From Tubiluchus corallicola (taxonomy: Eukaryota > Animalia > Priapulida), in the NCBI GenBank assembly GCA_030141605.1, contig JAQGDQ010000325.1, forward strand, positions 1 to 64,000: DNA of 64,000 nucleotides, given 5' to 3'. The notes beneath the pieces are model-generated. The model searched no databases. It was not told where the DNA came from and saw only the letters and a program-made list of their open reading frames with translations. Below are positions 19,396 through 29,756 of the stretch, one piece after another. The number at the start of each line of letters is the position of its first letter. Position 1 is the stretch's first letter. Both the position numbers and the translations under genes were made by a program.

Positions 19396-20886
19396 TTAAA
19401 AAAATTTTTCACTTAATGTTTTGCTTCTCTCTTTATTTTCTATTTGTTGTTGCTTTTGTTTTATTCTGATTGTTTCCGCAAGTTTATTTTGTTCTATCAT
19501 AAATTGAGTTAGTGCCTCTTTTGAGTATCGGTTTTTAAATATTGCTGCTATGGGGTCATTGACTTCTAACATTCTTTTAAGCAGTTGTTCTTGCATTTCT
19601 TTAATTAGTTTTTGGTATTGAGGGTCATTTATTAGGTTGTTTAAGGCATCAGGGTCTTTTTGTTTATCATAAAATTCTTCTATAGCTCTATAATGATAAA
19701 AGTCAAGTCGTTGTTTAACTTCTATATTGTTGGGTGCTTCTTTCACCATTGCTTTGTAGCTAACGGGGTTTCCTGAACCTGGACCTACTTTATATTTGCC
19801 ATCTGCCCAAGCATTGAATATATAGTGATATTGTTTGTTTTGTATACTACGAATAGGTGATTTTTTCGCATTTCCTGTTTCATTAAATTCTGTAAATATA
19901 TATTTGTGTCTTTCTATATTTTCCCCTTTCAAAGTATTTAGAAATGATTTTCCATCTATGTGTCTGGGGATGTATTCTCCTATAATCTCTAATAGTGTGG
20001 GCATTATATCAACAGTTGATGTGAGGGTTGTATTTATGCTATTGGGTTGTATCACTCCATTCCATTTTATGATAAGTGGTGTTTTATTACTATTAAGGTA
20101 GCAGCTAGCTTTGGCAAAGGGGAAGGGCATTCCGTGGTCAGATAGGTATATAATAATGGTATTGTTTTCTACACCTTCTTCTTGTAGCACTTGTAATGTT
20201 TTTCCTACTACATCGTCGCATCTACGCACACAACTATAATATTGAGATAGTTCTTCTTTTATTTCGGGAAGTTCGGGTAAAAATGGGGGAACGGTAACCT
20301 CGTCAGGTTTGTATCTTTTAGAGGGTTCTACTTCTCCATAAGCAAAGTTCTTGTGAGGGTCATAGGAATTAACTATCAAAAAGAAAGGTTGTTGTCGTTG
20401 TTTTACTTCTTGTATAAACTTTTTAGTGTATTTGTAATATTTATTTGAGTTTCTGCGAAGTATATTGTCCATTATGTTCATTTCGTATAGTGCCATTTCT
20501 TCTATTTTTGGAGAGGAATGAGTATTTTTACTCATCATTCCTATGAGATAGCCTTTTTTTCTGAGTATCTCTGTAAGTACGGGTTTGTCTCCTTTATAGT
20601 GAAGAAAACCATTTATTCCACTGGTATGGGGATACATTCCTGTCATTATAGAAGAACGGCTTGGCAAACATACAGAAATAGTTGTATAAGCATTTTCAAA
20701 TTTCATTCCTTGCTGTGCTAACTTATCTAAATTAGGTGTTGTATTTGGGGTAGTGCAACCAAATACACCTACTGAATTGTAATTCATATCATCAGCTGTA
20801 ATAAGTAGTATGTTTGGCAAGTCATTTGCTTTCACAATTGAAAGGCAAAAACCAAATAGTAGAAGGTGAAAAATATATTTTTTCAT
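19396..20886 (-). CDS. Sulfatase, sulfamidase-like; paralog of 16118..17611
   Basis: NILLITADDMNYNSVGV, CLPSR and SDHGMPFPFAK; collinear similarity to 16118..17611. Confidence 0.9.
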   Translation of the reverse strand: MKKYIFHLLLFGFCLSIVKANDLPNILLITADDMNYNSVGVFGCTTPNTTPNLDKLAQQGMKFENAYTTISVCLPSRSSIMTGMYPHTSGINGFLHYKGDKPVLTEILRKKGYLIGMMSKNTHSSPKIEEMALYEMNIMDNILRRNSNKYYKYTKKFIQEVKQRQQPFFLIVNSYDPHKNFAYGEVEPSKRYKPDEVTVPPFLPELPEIKEELSQYYSCVRRCDDVVGKTLQVLQEEGVENNTIIIYLSDHGMPFPFAKASCYLNSNKTPLIIKWNGVIQPNSINTTLTSTVDIMPTLLEIIGEYIPRHIDGKSFLNTLKGENIERHKYIFTEFNETGNAKKSPIRSIQNKQYHYIFNAWADGKYKVGPGSGNPVSYKAMVKEAPNNIEVKQRLDFYHYRAIEEFYDKQKDPDALNNLINDPQYQKLIKEMQEQLLKRMLEVNDPIAAIFKNRYSKEALTQFMIEQNKLAETIRIKQKQQQIENKERSKTLSEKFF

Positions 20887-20906
20887 TTTATACTATAATT
20901 AATCAG

Positions 20907-23189
20907 TTATTGTAAAACAAAAGTTTGTTGCAATTTTGCCTTGGAGTCTCCTCCTACATATACATTAAATTCTCCTGGTTCTGAAACATAGTTCATATCT
21001 ATATTGTAGAATTTCAAATCTTCATTAGTAAGGGTAAAACTTACTGTTTTTGTTTCTCCCTTTTTTAAAAATACTTTTTGAAATCCTCTAAGTTCTCTGA
21101 CAGGCCGAGTAACACTTCCTACCATATCTTGTATATATAATTGAGCAACCTCTTCCCCATCATAATTACCTGTGTTTGCCACTTCTACAGTAATTGCTAA
21201 AGATTGGTCTTGAGTCATAGTAGTTTTGTCTAATTGTAGATTAGAGTATTCAAAAGAGGTATAGCTTAGCCCGTATCCAAAGGGATAGAGGGGGGTGTTG
21301 GGACTATCTATATAGCGCGATTTGTATCTGTCTCTGTTTTTTGTAGATTCTATGGGACGTCCCGTATTTTTCATATTATAATGTATGGGTATTTGTCCCA
21401 CGTTTCGAGGAAATGTGGCTACAAGTTTTCCCGAAGGATTATAATCTCCAAAAAGTATGCTGGCAATGGCATTACCTGCTTGTATTCCTGGGAACCAACA
21501 TTCTACTATAGTATTAGCTATATTGTCTAATTTAGATATTGCAAGAGGACGTCCATTGTATAGAAGGCATACTGTAGGTTTACCTATTTTTATAATAGCT
21601 TTTGCTAATTCATTCTGAACACCAGGTAAATCTATATTTGTTCTACTCCCCCCCTCTCCACTCATTTTTGCTTCTTCTCCTAAGCATAGTATAACAAGAT
21701 CTGCTTTTTGTGCAACATTAATGGCTTTTGCAAATGAATCAGTATTCATGTCATTCACTTTTTTCATTCCTTTTTCTATGTAGATATTTGCTTGAGGTAG
21801 TTTATTCTTTATGCCTTCTGCAAGTGTTATTACATCTTGAGCTTTTCCTCTACCTTTCCAATTGCCAAGTAGGTCAGCTTTAGCATTAGCTAAAGGACCT
21901 ATAATGGCTATATTTTTAATATTTTTTTTGAGAGGAAGAGTATTGTAGTCATTTTTCAATAACACAATAGATTTTTGAGCAGCTTCTTTAGCAAGTTCTA
22001 TAAATTCTGGCTTCAATATGGTTTGTTCTTCCCTCTTAGGGTCAGAATATTTGTAAGGATTTTCAAATAGTCCCAATTTGAACTTTAATCTAAGTATTCG
22101 CTCGCAAGCATCATCTATTTGTTGTTTCGTTATTTTACTTTCTTTTAATAATTCATCCAAATGATTAGAGTAGATAAATCCTTGCATATCCATATCCACC
22201 CCTGCATTGAGTGATAATTCTCCTGCATGTTTTTCATCTTTTGCTACGCCGTGTGGTATAAGTTCGTTGATGGAGCTAAAATCTGTAACAACAAACCCTT
22301 GAAAGTTCCATTGTTCTCTCAGGAGGTTTGTTAGCAGCCACTTGTTGCTGGTGGAGGGAACTCCTGCTATTTCGTTGAAAGAAGTCATTACTGAAACACA
22401 ACCTGCATCTATAGCTGCTTTGTAAGGGGGAAGATAGTCGTTGTATAAAGTACGTAGAGATATATCCACTGTGTGATAGTCACGACCTGCTTGTGGAGCT
22501 CCATAGGCTGCAAAGTGTTTTACACAGGCTAAAAGTGTATTATTTGCAGATAGATCATTTCCTTGTATTCCTATTACTTTAATTCGAGCTATTTGCGAGG
22601 CATACCAAGTATCTTCACCTACTCCTTCTGACATCCTGCCCCACCGAGGTTCTCTTGCTACATCTACCATTGGTGCAAATGTCCAATGCAAGCCTGCTGC
22701 TGCTGCTTCTTCAGACGAGATTCTAGCTGTTCGCTCCATTAAGTCCAAGTCAAAACTGCAAGCTTCTCCTATGTTTTGAGGAAATATAGTGCGATAACCG
22801 TGTATAACATCATAACCGAATAATAGAGGTATTTTTAAACGAGTATGCTCCATTACTAATTCTTGCAACATTCGGGTGTTTTTTACACCAAAAGCGTTGA
22901 ATACATTTCCTACTTTCCCTTGTTTTATAAGTTCTACAAAATTATCGTATTTGGTTGTGCCTGTTAGCTCCCAGTTGGTAGAAATGAGAGAAAGTTGTCC
23001 TATCTTTTCGTCAAGGGTCATTTGCTTCATTAGTCTATTGAGGTGTTTTTGTTGTTCTGGTGTTAGTTTGAAATGATGATGATTATCAATATTGTTAGGT
23101 GTATTTTGCACACAGGAGTATAAAGCAAGTATGAATACTAGTAGTATTAGGAATGTATATTTCATAGTTTTTAAATATTTTTTCAACAT
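20907..23189 (-). CDS. bglX: GH3 beta-glucosidase (BglX-like) lipoprotein
   Basis: DVIHG, PRWGR, CVKHFAAYG, FVVTD, PLYPFGYGLSYT motifs and a C-terminal Fn3-like domain. Confidence 0.93.
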   Translation of the reverse strand: MLKKYLKTMKYTFLILLVFILALYSCVQNTPNNIDNHHHFKLTPEQQKHLNRLMKQMTLDEKIGQLSLISTNWELTGTTKYDNFVELIKQGKVGNVFNAFGVKNTRMLQELVMEHTRLKIPLLFGYDVIHGYRTIFPQNIGEACSFDLDLMERTARISSEEAAAAGLHWTFAPMVDVAREPRWGRMSEGVGEDTWYASQIARIKVIGIQGNDLSANNTLLACVKHFAAYGAPQAGRDYHTVDISLRTLYNDYLPPYKAAIDAGCVSVMTSFNEIAGVPSTSNKWLLTNLLREQWNFQGFVVTDFSSINELIPHGVAKDEKHAGELSLNAGVDMDMQGFIYSNHLDELLKESKITKQQIDDACERILRLKFKLGLFENPYKYSDPKREEQTILKPEFIELAKEAAQKSIVLLKNDYNTLPLKKNIKNIAIIGPLANAKADLLGNWKGRGKAQDVITLAEGIKNKLPQANIYIEKGMKKVNDMNTDSFAKAINVAQKADLVILCLGEEAKMSGEGGSRTNIDLPGVQNELAKAIIKIGKPTVCLLYNGRPLAISKLDNIANTIVECWFPGIQAGNAIASILFGDYNPSGKLVATFPRNVGQIPIHYNMKNTGRPIESTKNRDRYKSRYIDSPNTPLYPFGYGLSYTSFEYSNLQLDKTTMTQDQSLAITVEVANTGNYDGEEVAQLYIQDMVGSVTRPVRELRGFQKVFLKKGETKTVSFTLTNEDLKFYNIDMNYVSEPGEFNVYVGGDSKAKLQQTFVLQ

Positions 23190-23254
23190 TTGATTTATCT
23201 ATTTCCTATTATATATTTTTATTTTTATAAAATTTTAATTCTACTCTATTACAT

Positions 23255-23422
23255 TTACGAATGATAATCTACATCGCCTCTGCCCATATCATCCACATAA
23301 ATGATGATAACATTGGGTTTGTTTTCTTTATATTTTTTGCTGCTGTCAACACTACTTGTTACATTTTGTACAACAAAAGACTGTAAGAAAAGTAAAGTGT
23401 TTTTTTCAAATCTTCCATTCAT
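23255..23422 (-). pseudogene. Truncated sulfatase N-terminal stub (55 codons)
   Basis: Reads ...KENKPNVIIIYVDDMGRGDVDYHS then a stop: the sulfatase N-terminal motif with the rest of the gene missing. Not in the ORF track. Confidence 0.75.
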
Positions 23423-23447
23423 AATTATTTATGCTAGAAGCATCTTT

Positions 23448-24776
23448 TTAATATCTAATATCTAATTTATTAAGTCCTTTTTGTATATCCTTATTTTTCA
23501 TAAAGGTGTCCCATATTAACCCAGTTCTATAATTTTCTATCATTATCACTATTGGTCCTTGGTCTATACCTATGTATCCTTTAGCTACCCACCAGTCACC
23601 GTTTTTGTCTTTTTGTGTAGGATTGAATGCGTCTTTAAAACCATATTCTCCCCAAATTTTGTCTCTATGTTGCCAAAACCATCTAGCAGCTTGTAGTGAT
23701 TGTCGGGGGGTATAAGGTATAGAAGATAGGGCCGCTGTGGGGGTAATTGTGCCATTGTCTGATTTTCCTTTTTGCAATGCTGGGGCATGTGCTTTGTATC
23801 CAAAAGGACTATCGCTGGCAGTAAGTCCCCAGCAGGAATCGGAATACATCTCAAAATTATGAGGATTGTCTACACAATAGCTCCAGTTGATGAGTGTGTG
23901 TTGTGTGTTGTGTTCCCAATAGCTTGCATATTGGTCTATGAGATTACGAGGGTCTAAGCCTGTAAATGAGTAGTGAGCAAAGAATAGGGGGCCTCCAAGT
24001 GGTCGTCCAAGTGGTTGTATATGGTTGTAGTAGGTTTTTCCATTTTTGAAATTTTTTCCTTTTGCCCATCCATTATGGTATACCTTAGGTTTAATAGGGT
24101 GTGTAGGAGAAGAGGCTGCAAGTACGTAAGCTATCATCCCCTCGTGCCATCCTGTTATAGCAAGATTTTTTTCCCATTTATAATTAGGCGACCAATGCCA
24201 ATAGAGAACTTCTTCTGTTCCTTCTTTTGTAAACCAATCCCATTCTATTTCCTCCCACAGTATTTGTATTACTTTTCTTAATTTTTTTTCTTTGACATTG
24301 TTACCATCGAAGTACTCTTTGGCTGTAAGTAAGCCTGCTATGAGGAATGAGGTTTCTATCAAGTCTGCCCCATCATCATTTTTAGAAAAAGGTCTTGTTT
24401 TTCCGCTACTACCATATATCCAATGTGCCCATGCTCCGTGGTATCTAGTAGCTTTATTTTGTAAGAAGTTGCAAGCTTTCAATAACCGATCTACTACTTC
24501 TTCCCTGTTTAAGATGCCTCTATCTACACCTACTACAAGTGCCATTATACCAAAGCCAGAACCTCCTGTAGTGATAATGTCAGATTTCTTTTCTTTCCAT
24601 CGTGGATGTGCCAATCCACAGTCAGGATGAGCATAGTCCCAAAAATATTTAAGAGTTTGTCTTTGTATAGTATCTAATAGCTGCTCATTTGTCAAAGGCT
24701 GTGCTTGTGATATGTTTGTTAACAGTATAAATAACCAGATTAGATACAAATATTTTTTATTGTTCATTATCTTCAA
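23448..24776 (-). CDS. Glucoamylase-like glycoside hydrolase, GH144 (endo-beta-1,2-glucanase family)
   Basis: TTGGSGFG, HGAWAHW, DDGADLIETSFL, LYWHWSP, GGPLFFAHYSF, WGLTASD and IDQGPIVIMIENYRTGL motifs. Confidence 0.88.
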   Translation of the reverse strand: MKIMNNKKYLYLIWLFILLTNISQAQPLTNEQLLDTIQRQTLKYFWDYAHPDCGLAHPRWKEKKSDIITTGGSGFGIMALVVGVDRGILNREEVVDRLLKACNFLQNKATRYHGAWAHWIYGSSGKTRPFSKNDDGADLIETSFLIAGLLTAKEYFDGNNVKEKKLRKVIQILWEEIEWDWFTKEGTEEVLYWHWSPNYKWEKNLAITGWHEGMIAYVLAASSPTHPIKPKVYHNGWAKGKNFKNGKTYYNHIQPLGRPLGGPLFFAHYSFTGLDPRNLIDQYASYWEHNTQHTLINWSYCVDNPHNFEMYSDSCWGLTASDSPFGYKAHAPALQKGKSDNGTITPTAALSSIPYTPRQSLQAARWFWQHRDKIWGEYGFKDAFNPTQKDKNGDWWVAKGYIGIDQGPIVIMIENYRTGLIWDTFMKNKDIQKGLNKLDIRY

Positions 24777-24784
24777 AAATTAAA

Positions 24785-26374
24785 TTAATATCCGGGATTA
24801 TTTGCTAATATTAGTGTGTTGTGGTTCATTTCGTCTATTGATATGGGATACAATTTGTGTTTATTTGTATAGTTTCTTCCTATACTTCGCATTGTTTCTA
24901 CATATCTTTCTCTTCTAAGCAGGTCAAAACGTCTATGACACTCTCCAAAAAGCTCTACAGCTCGTTCCCATAAGACAGCTTCTCTAAAAGCTCCTTGAGA
25001 AGGTGTATTGACAACATTAAGTAAGTAGACGTTTGCCCTTTGCCTCACTAAGTTTATTTTTTCAAAAGCTTCGTTGCTTAATGGGTTTATTTCATTCTCT
25101 GCTTCAGCATACATAAGTAATATATCTGCATAGCGTATAAGTGGTATGTTGTCTTGGTTTTGGCCTGCAATAATTGCTGTTTCATCTTTATATTTTTTCA
25201 TAAAAGGTCCGTAATTCCATATTATACCGTTGTTATTACTATACTTCCATTTTTCTGCTCCTTCCATCTTAGGAGGATAACCATAGTCTGTCACTAAATT
25301 ATCATAATTATATTCAGAACTATAATCTTCCGTAGGCCAGAAATATGCTTCTGGCTCACCTTCTTTATTTACATCTATAAAGGAGTGAAATATGGCATCT
25401 CTAATGCGTTTATCATTAGGGGCCGCATCAAATATTGCATCATAAAATTCTTGTGTCAATCGCATTTGCCCTTTAATGTTAGAACCGTGGTAATAGTTAG
25501 TAATGGATGTGTAATCTGCAAGAGGCATTCCAACTCCTTCTGCATCTACACCCTGTAAAGCAAAGATATGTTCTGGGTGTGTTTCATTTTCAGGTTCAAA
25601 AAGCAGTCCATAGTCCTCATCTTCAAAAAGTCCATATCCTTCTGCTTCAAAATAATCTATAACCTTTTTGGCATATATTCTAGTAGAGTCCCAATAGATT
25701 GAGCCTGCTGTATTTCCTGCAATAGTCATATAAACTCTTGCAAGTAGAGATTGGGCGGCTTGGCGTGTAGCTCGTCCGTTTTCACCACTTGGCAAACCAT
25801 CCATTGGCAATAGAAGTTTTTCTGCTTTCTGCAAATCATTAATCACAACACTATATATTTCTTCTACAGAAGAACGTGCTAAGTTGTAGTCTGTATCAAT
25901 AGTTAAACGCAAGGGTACTCCTCCCCATAGTCTAATTAAATCAAAATAACAAAAGGCTCTTAAGAAAAAGGCTTCGCCAAATAGTCTATTCTTCATTTCT
26001 GTTTTTATTTTATTTTCAGGCATATTTCCAACGTTTTTTAAAACAGAATTACACCTATAAATACTTCTATAATAAGCATTCCAAGGATTTGTAATAAATG
26101 GCATTGTAGGTGTTATATCACCTATTACTAATGGAGTACGAGCATTGGTGAGATTCACAGAGTAGATGTCAGTTGTAGAAAATAACAATTCTGATAAATA
26201 TCTTCCATATGTTCTTCCTTCTCCCAGTGCAGCATAGCAGGCATTGACAGCATATATTGCTTCTTGTTCGTTGTTGAAAAAATCTTGAACAGGTATAAAG
26301 CTATAATCCTCTTCTTTTATAAGGCAATTCGTAAGGAATAGTAATGTTGTAAAGAATATTATGTATTTTTTCAT
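24785..26374 (-). CDS. SusD/RagB family outer-membrane lipoprotein
   Basis: Lipobox LTNC, GEAFFLRAFCYFDLIRLWGGVP, RYADILLMYAEA, ERAVELFGE.HR.FDL and NPGY motifs. Confidence 0.95.
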   Translation of the reverse strand: MKKYIIFFTTLLFLTNCLIKEEDYSFIPVQDFFNNEQEAIYAVNACYAALGEGRTYGRYLSELLFSTTDIYSVNLTNARTPLVIGDITPTMPFITNPWNAYYRSIYRCNSVLKNVGNMPENKIKTEMKNRLFGEAFFLRAFCYFDLIRLWGGVPLRLTIDTDYNLARSSVEEIYSVVINDLQKAEKLLLPMDGLPSGENGRATRQAAQSLLARVYMTIAGNTAGSIYWDSTRIYAKKVIDYFEAEGYGLFEDEDYGLLFEPENETHPEHIFALQGVDAEGVGMPLADYTSITNYYHGSNIKGQMRLTQEFYDAIFDAAPNDKRIRDAIFHSFIDVNKEGEPEAYFWPTEDYSSEYNYDNLVTDYGYPPKMEGAEKWKYSNNNGIIWNYGPFMKKYKDETAIIAGQNQDNIPLIRYADILLMYAEAENEINPLSNEAFEKINLVRQRANVYLLNVVNTPSQGAFREAVLWERAVELFGECHRRFDLLRRERYVETMRSIGRNYTNKHKLYPISIDEMNHNTLILANNPGY

Positions 26375-26392
26375 ATTAACTTTATATTTTTT

Positions 26393-29300
26393 CTAAAAAG
26401 TTAGATTCAACCCTATTGAATAGGTCGAACTTTGTGGATATGAGCTATTATCAATTCCTCGTTCGGCGGGATTTTGCCCATATGCACTTACCTCTGGGTC
26501 GTATCCTGTATATTTTGTTATTGTGTATAGGTTTATTCCCGAAATAAATAGATTGGCATTTTTAAGCCATTTTATTTTTGTAGAGTTGAAGGAGTAACCT
26601 ATTCTTACATTTTTTAGGCGGATGTATGAGCCATCTTCTACAAATCTATCACTAAAAAGATATTCTGATCTGATTGCATTGGGCATAGGATATGCCGTGC
26701 TTGTTCCTTCTCCTGTCCATCTATTGTTCCAATATTCCATAGAAGAGTTCCAGTTTCCATTCGTACCTTGAATATACATTTGAGTAAGGTTGATTATGTC
26801 TTGCCCTATGACTCCTTGTATAAATATGCTTATATCCAAATTTTTATATTGCAGGTTATTAGTTATTCCAAATATAAAATCAGGATTGACATCTCCAATT
26901 ATTGCTCTATCATATTCAGGAGATATAAGCCCATCTGGCACTCCATTAGGTCCACTTATATCTAAGTATCTTATTTCCCCTACACGATTGTTTATAGGTC
27001 CTACGGGGCCGGTGTTGAGTTCTTCTTGTGTTTGAAAAATTCCGCCTTCTTTATACCCGTATATGGTACCTATGGGAAGGCCCTCTTGTTGTATAAAATA
27101 ATTGCTTATTTGTGATTCGGGCAGGGATGTTATTTTATTTCTACTTTGAGAATAGTTAGCAAAAACGAACCATCTAAAATCGTTGTTTCTAATAATAGTT
27201 GCATTTATATCTATTTCAAAGCCCTTGTTTTCAATAGACCCGAAGTTTAATAACTGTGTGTTAAATCCGAAACTTGTAGGTATTCTTTTATTTTGTAATA
27301 AATCATTGGTATATTTCTCATAGTAATCAACAGCAATGCTAAATCTATTACCAATAAGACCTATGTCAATACCTGCATTGTATTGAATTGTTGTTTCCCA
27401 TTTTAAATCAGGAGATGCTAGCCTTGATTCTGCGTATCCAAATTGAGGGATTCCACTAAAAGAATAATTATACGTAGTAAGTGATGACATTGTATTGTAG
27501 GCTGCTATAGCTTGGTTGCCTGTGTGCCCATAACTTACTCTTAATTTTAAATCGCTAAGTGTGTTATTATTTTTTAAAAAGTTCTCTTGACTAACTCGCC
27601 AAGACAATGCTCCAGAAGGAAATATAGACCATTGATTACCAGGAGAAAACTTTGATGAGCCATCTGCTCTGGTTGAAAGTGTTAAAAAATACTTTCCTGA
27701 GTAGTTATAATTTATTCTTCCTGTAAATGACAACAGCTCTGTTTTACTTGTTCCTGATGTCATTGAATAGGTCCGCTGATCTCCTAAACCAATATTTGTA
27801 TTTCCTAAAATGTCTGTGGCAAAGGTTTTGGCTTCGTTTTTTTGGTCTCTGATGAAGGTCTGTTGATAAGAATGAATTGCAGTGGCATTTAAATTGTGTT
27901 TTTGTATTTTCTTCCTATATATTAGCTGGTTTTCATTTACAAGTCTTTTAGTACCTTTTGTATTTATCTGGGCTATTCCTTGCATTTGTCTTCCCCGCTG
28001 GGAAGTACTTGGATGGTATACATCCCTAATGCTTTGTGTATAATTTACAGCTACATTTGTTCTGAATTCTAAATCTTGAAACATTTTATATCGTAAAAAA
28101 ATGTTGCTTAATACTGTGGTTATATTAGCCTTATTTGTAGAATGCATAGCGTCATAATAGGGGTTGTTGCTTACCTCTTCATCAAGAATATCATCGTCTA
28201 ATAATTCTTCCAAAGTTGTGGTGGGAAAAGCAATAAGTGTTTTACGCACTATACCTCCTTGTAGTGTTCTTTTAGTTGTGGAGGTAATAACCATTTGGTT
28301 TTCTGAAATACTTGTATACGAACGTGTTCCTACTGTTAATTTAGAATTCATATCTACGTCCAAATTTATTCTTATACCGTTTCTTGTAAAGTTTGAATTT
28401 ATAATAGTTCCATCTTGGTTTAAATGGTCGAAAGTAATAAGGTATTTTATATCCTCATTTCCTCCGTTAAAACTAAGTGTATAGTTATGTGTTAAGGCTG
28501 TTCTATACATTACATCTTGCCAGTCTGTACCGCTACCTTGTTCGGGAAATTCTCTCCCACCTAATGTTTCATTATTAGGTCCTCCATTAAATACTGGTGA
28601 AACGCCTGAATTTATTAGAGATTCATTTCTATATAAAGCATAGGTATAGGCATCCATCATTTCTATTTTTTTTGTAATATCACTGAATGATGTGATGTTG
28701 CTGAATACAATATTATTGGTGCCTGATTTTCCTGATTTGGTAGTTATTAATACCACTCCATTTGCACCGCGAGAGCCATATATGGCTGTGGCTGATGCGT
28801 CTTTTAATATTTCTATTGATTGTATGTCTGCAGGATTGATAGTGGATAATACATTGGTGGGAGCTTGAGTCTCATCTCCTGCCAGAGGGTCTCCTGCAAC
28901 TGCATTATCACTTAAAGAGGGAACTCCATCTATTACATATAAGGGTTCCGTTCCACCTAACATCGAATTTGTCCCTCGTATCTGAATACTCATACCTCCT
29001 CCAGGGGCTGCATCTGTTTGTGTAACAAAAACGCCTGCTGCTCGTCCTTGAATTCCTTGTTCTATTGTAGTAATTTGCTGTTTTTCTAATTCTTCTCCTC
29101 TGATGGAACTTACTGATCCTGTCAAATCACTTTTCCTCACCGTTCCATAGCCTATTGCAATTACCTCATCTAATTTCACTTCTTCTCTTTCTAATTTTAC
29201 ATTAACGGTGGATTGTGTTCCTACTTTTATTTCTTGGCTTTTGTATCCTATAAAAAAGAATACCAAAACATCATTGGGGCTATTAACAGTAATTTCATAT

Positions 29301-29488
29301 TTTCCACTATAGTCTGAAATAGTTCCTCTATCAGTTCCTTTTATAACAATATTAACTCCAGGAACAGATCCGTCTTCATCTGAAATCACTCCGCTTATTT
29401 TTTTTTCTTGTGCAGCTACTGTAATATTTAAAAATATAAACACTGTATAAACAATTATTATTTGCACATACAATAAATACCGCTTCAT
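26393..29488 (-). CDS. SusC/RagA family TonB-dependent transporter
   Basis: VIAIGYG, SDLTGSV, PLYVIDG, IEILKDASATAIYGSRGANGVVLITTK, DLKWETT motifs and a terminal F. Confidence 0.97.
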   Translation of the reverse strand: MKRYLLYVQIIIVYTVFIFLNITVAAQEKKISGVISDEDGSVPGVNIVIKGTDRGTISDYSGKYEITVNSPNDVLVFFFIGYKSQEIKVGTQSTVNVKLEREEVKLDEVIAIGYGTVRKSDLTGSVSSIRGEELEKQQITTIEQGIQGRAAGVFVTQTDAAPGGGMSIQIRGTNSMLGGTEPLYVIDGVPSLSDNAVAGDPLAGDETQAPTNVLSTINPADIQSIEILKDASATAIYGSRGANGVVLITTKSGKSGTNNIVFSNITSFSDITKKIEMMDAYTYALYRNESLINSGVSPVFNGGPNNETLGGREFPEQGSGTDWQDVMYRTALTHNYTLSFNGGNEDIKYLITFDHLNQDGTIINSNFTRNGIRINLDVDMNSKLTVGTRSYTSISENQMVITSTTKRTLQGGIVRKTLIAFPTTTLEELLDDDILDEEVSNNPYYDAMHSTNKANITTVLSNIFLRYKMFQDLEFRTNVAVNYTQSIRDVYHPSTSQRGRQMQGIAQINTKGTKRLVNENQLIYRKKIQKHNLNATAIHSYQQTFIRDQKNEAKTFATDILGNTNIGLGDQRTYSMTSGTSKTELLSFTGRINYNYSGKYFLTLSTRADGSSKFSPGNQWSIFPSGALSWRVSQENFLKNNNTLSDLKLRVSYGHTGNQAIAAYNTMSSLTTYNYSFSGIPQFGYAESRLASPDLKWETTIQYNAGIDIGLIGNRFSIAVDYYEKYTNDLLQNKRIPTSFGFNTQLLNFGSIENKGFEIDINATIIRNNDFRWFVFANYSQSRNKITSLPESQISNYFIQQEGLPIGTIYGYKEGGIFQTQEELNTGPVGPINNRVGEIRYLDISGPNGVPDGLISPEYDRAIIGDVNPDFIFGITNNLQYKNLDISIFIQGVIGQDIINLTQMYIQGTNGNWNSSMEYWNNRWTGEGTSTAYPMPNAIRSEYLFSDRFVEDGSYIRLKNVRIGYSFNSTKIKWLKNANLFISGINLYTITKYTGYDPEVSAYGQNPAERGIDNSSYPQSSTYSIGLNLTF

Positions 29489-29549
29489 TTTATACTTAAA
29501 TAATAATGTAATGGACTAAACTTAACAATATGATTATGTTTAGGTTTCA

Positions 29550-29557
29550 CAAATTTA
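29550..29557 (-). promoter_or_regulatory. Bacteroidota -7 promoter element (TAAATTTG) for the susC operon
   Basis: TAnnTTTG consensus about 60 bp upstream of the susC start. Confidence 0.6.
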
Positions 29558-29756
29558 CAGGAAGACAAAAAATTTGTTTATTTTTTCACCCCTTCAAAAC
29601 TCCTACAAAGAGATTTTCACGACCCTTCATTTCCACTTCACAAGATAAGTTTGGTTGTTAATTTAATGTAGATACTAATTGTAACTAGTCCTTATATAAT
29701 TAGTTTTGTGTGAGAATTAATAGGTTTGAGAGATGCAAATCTATATCTCTTCTATT

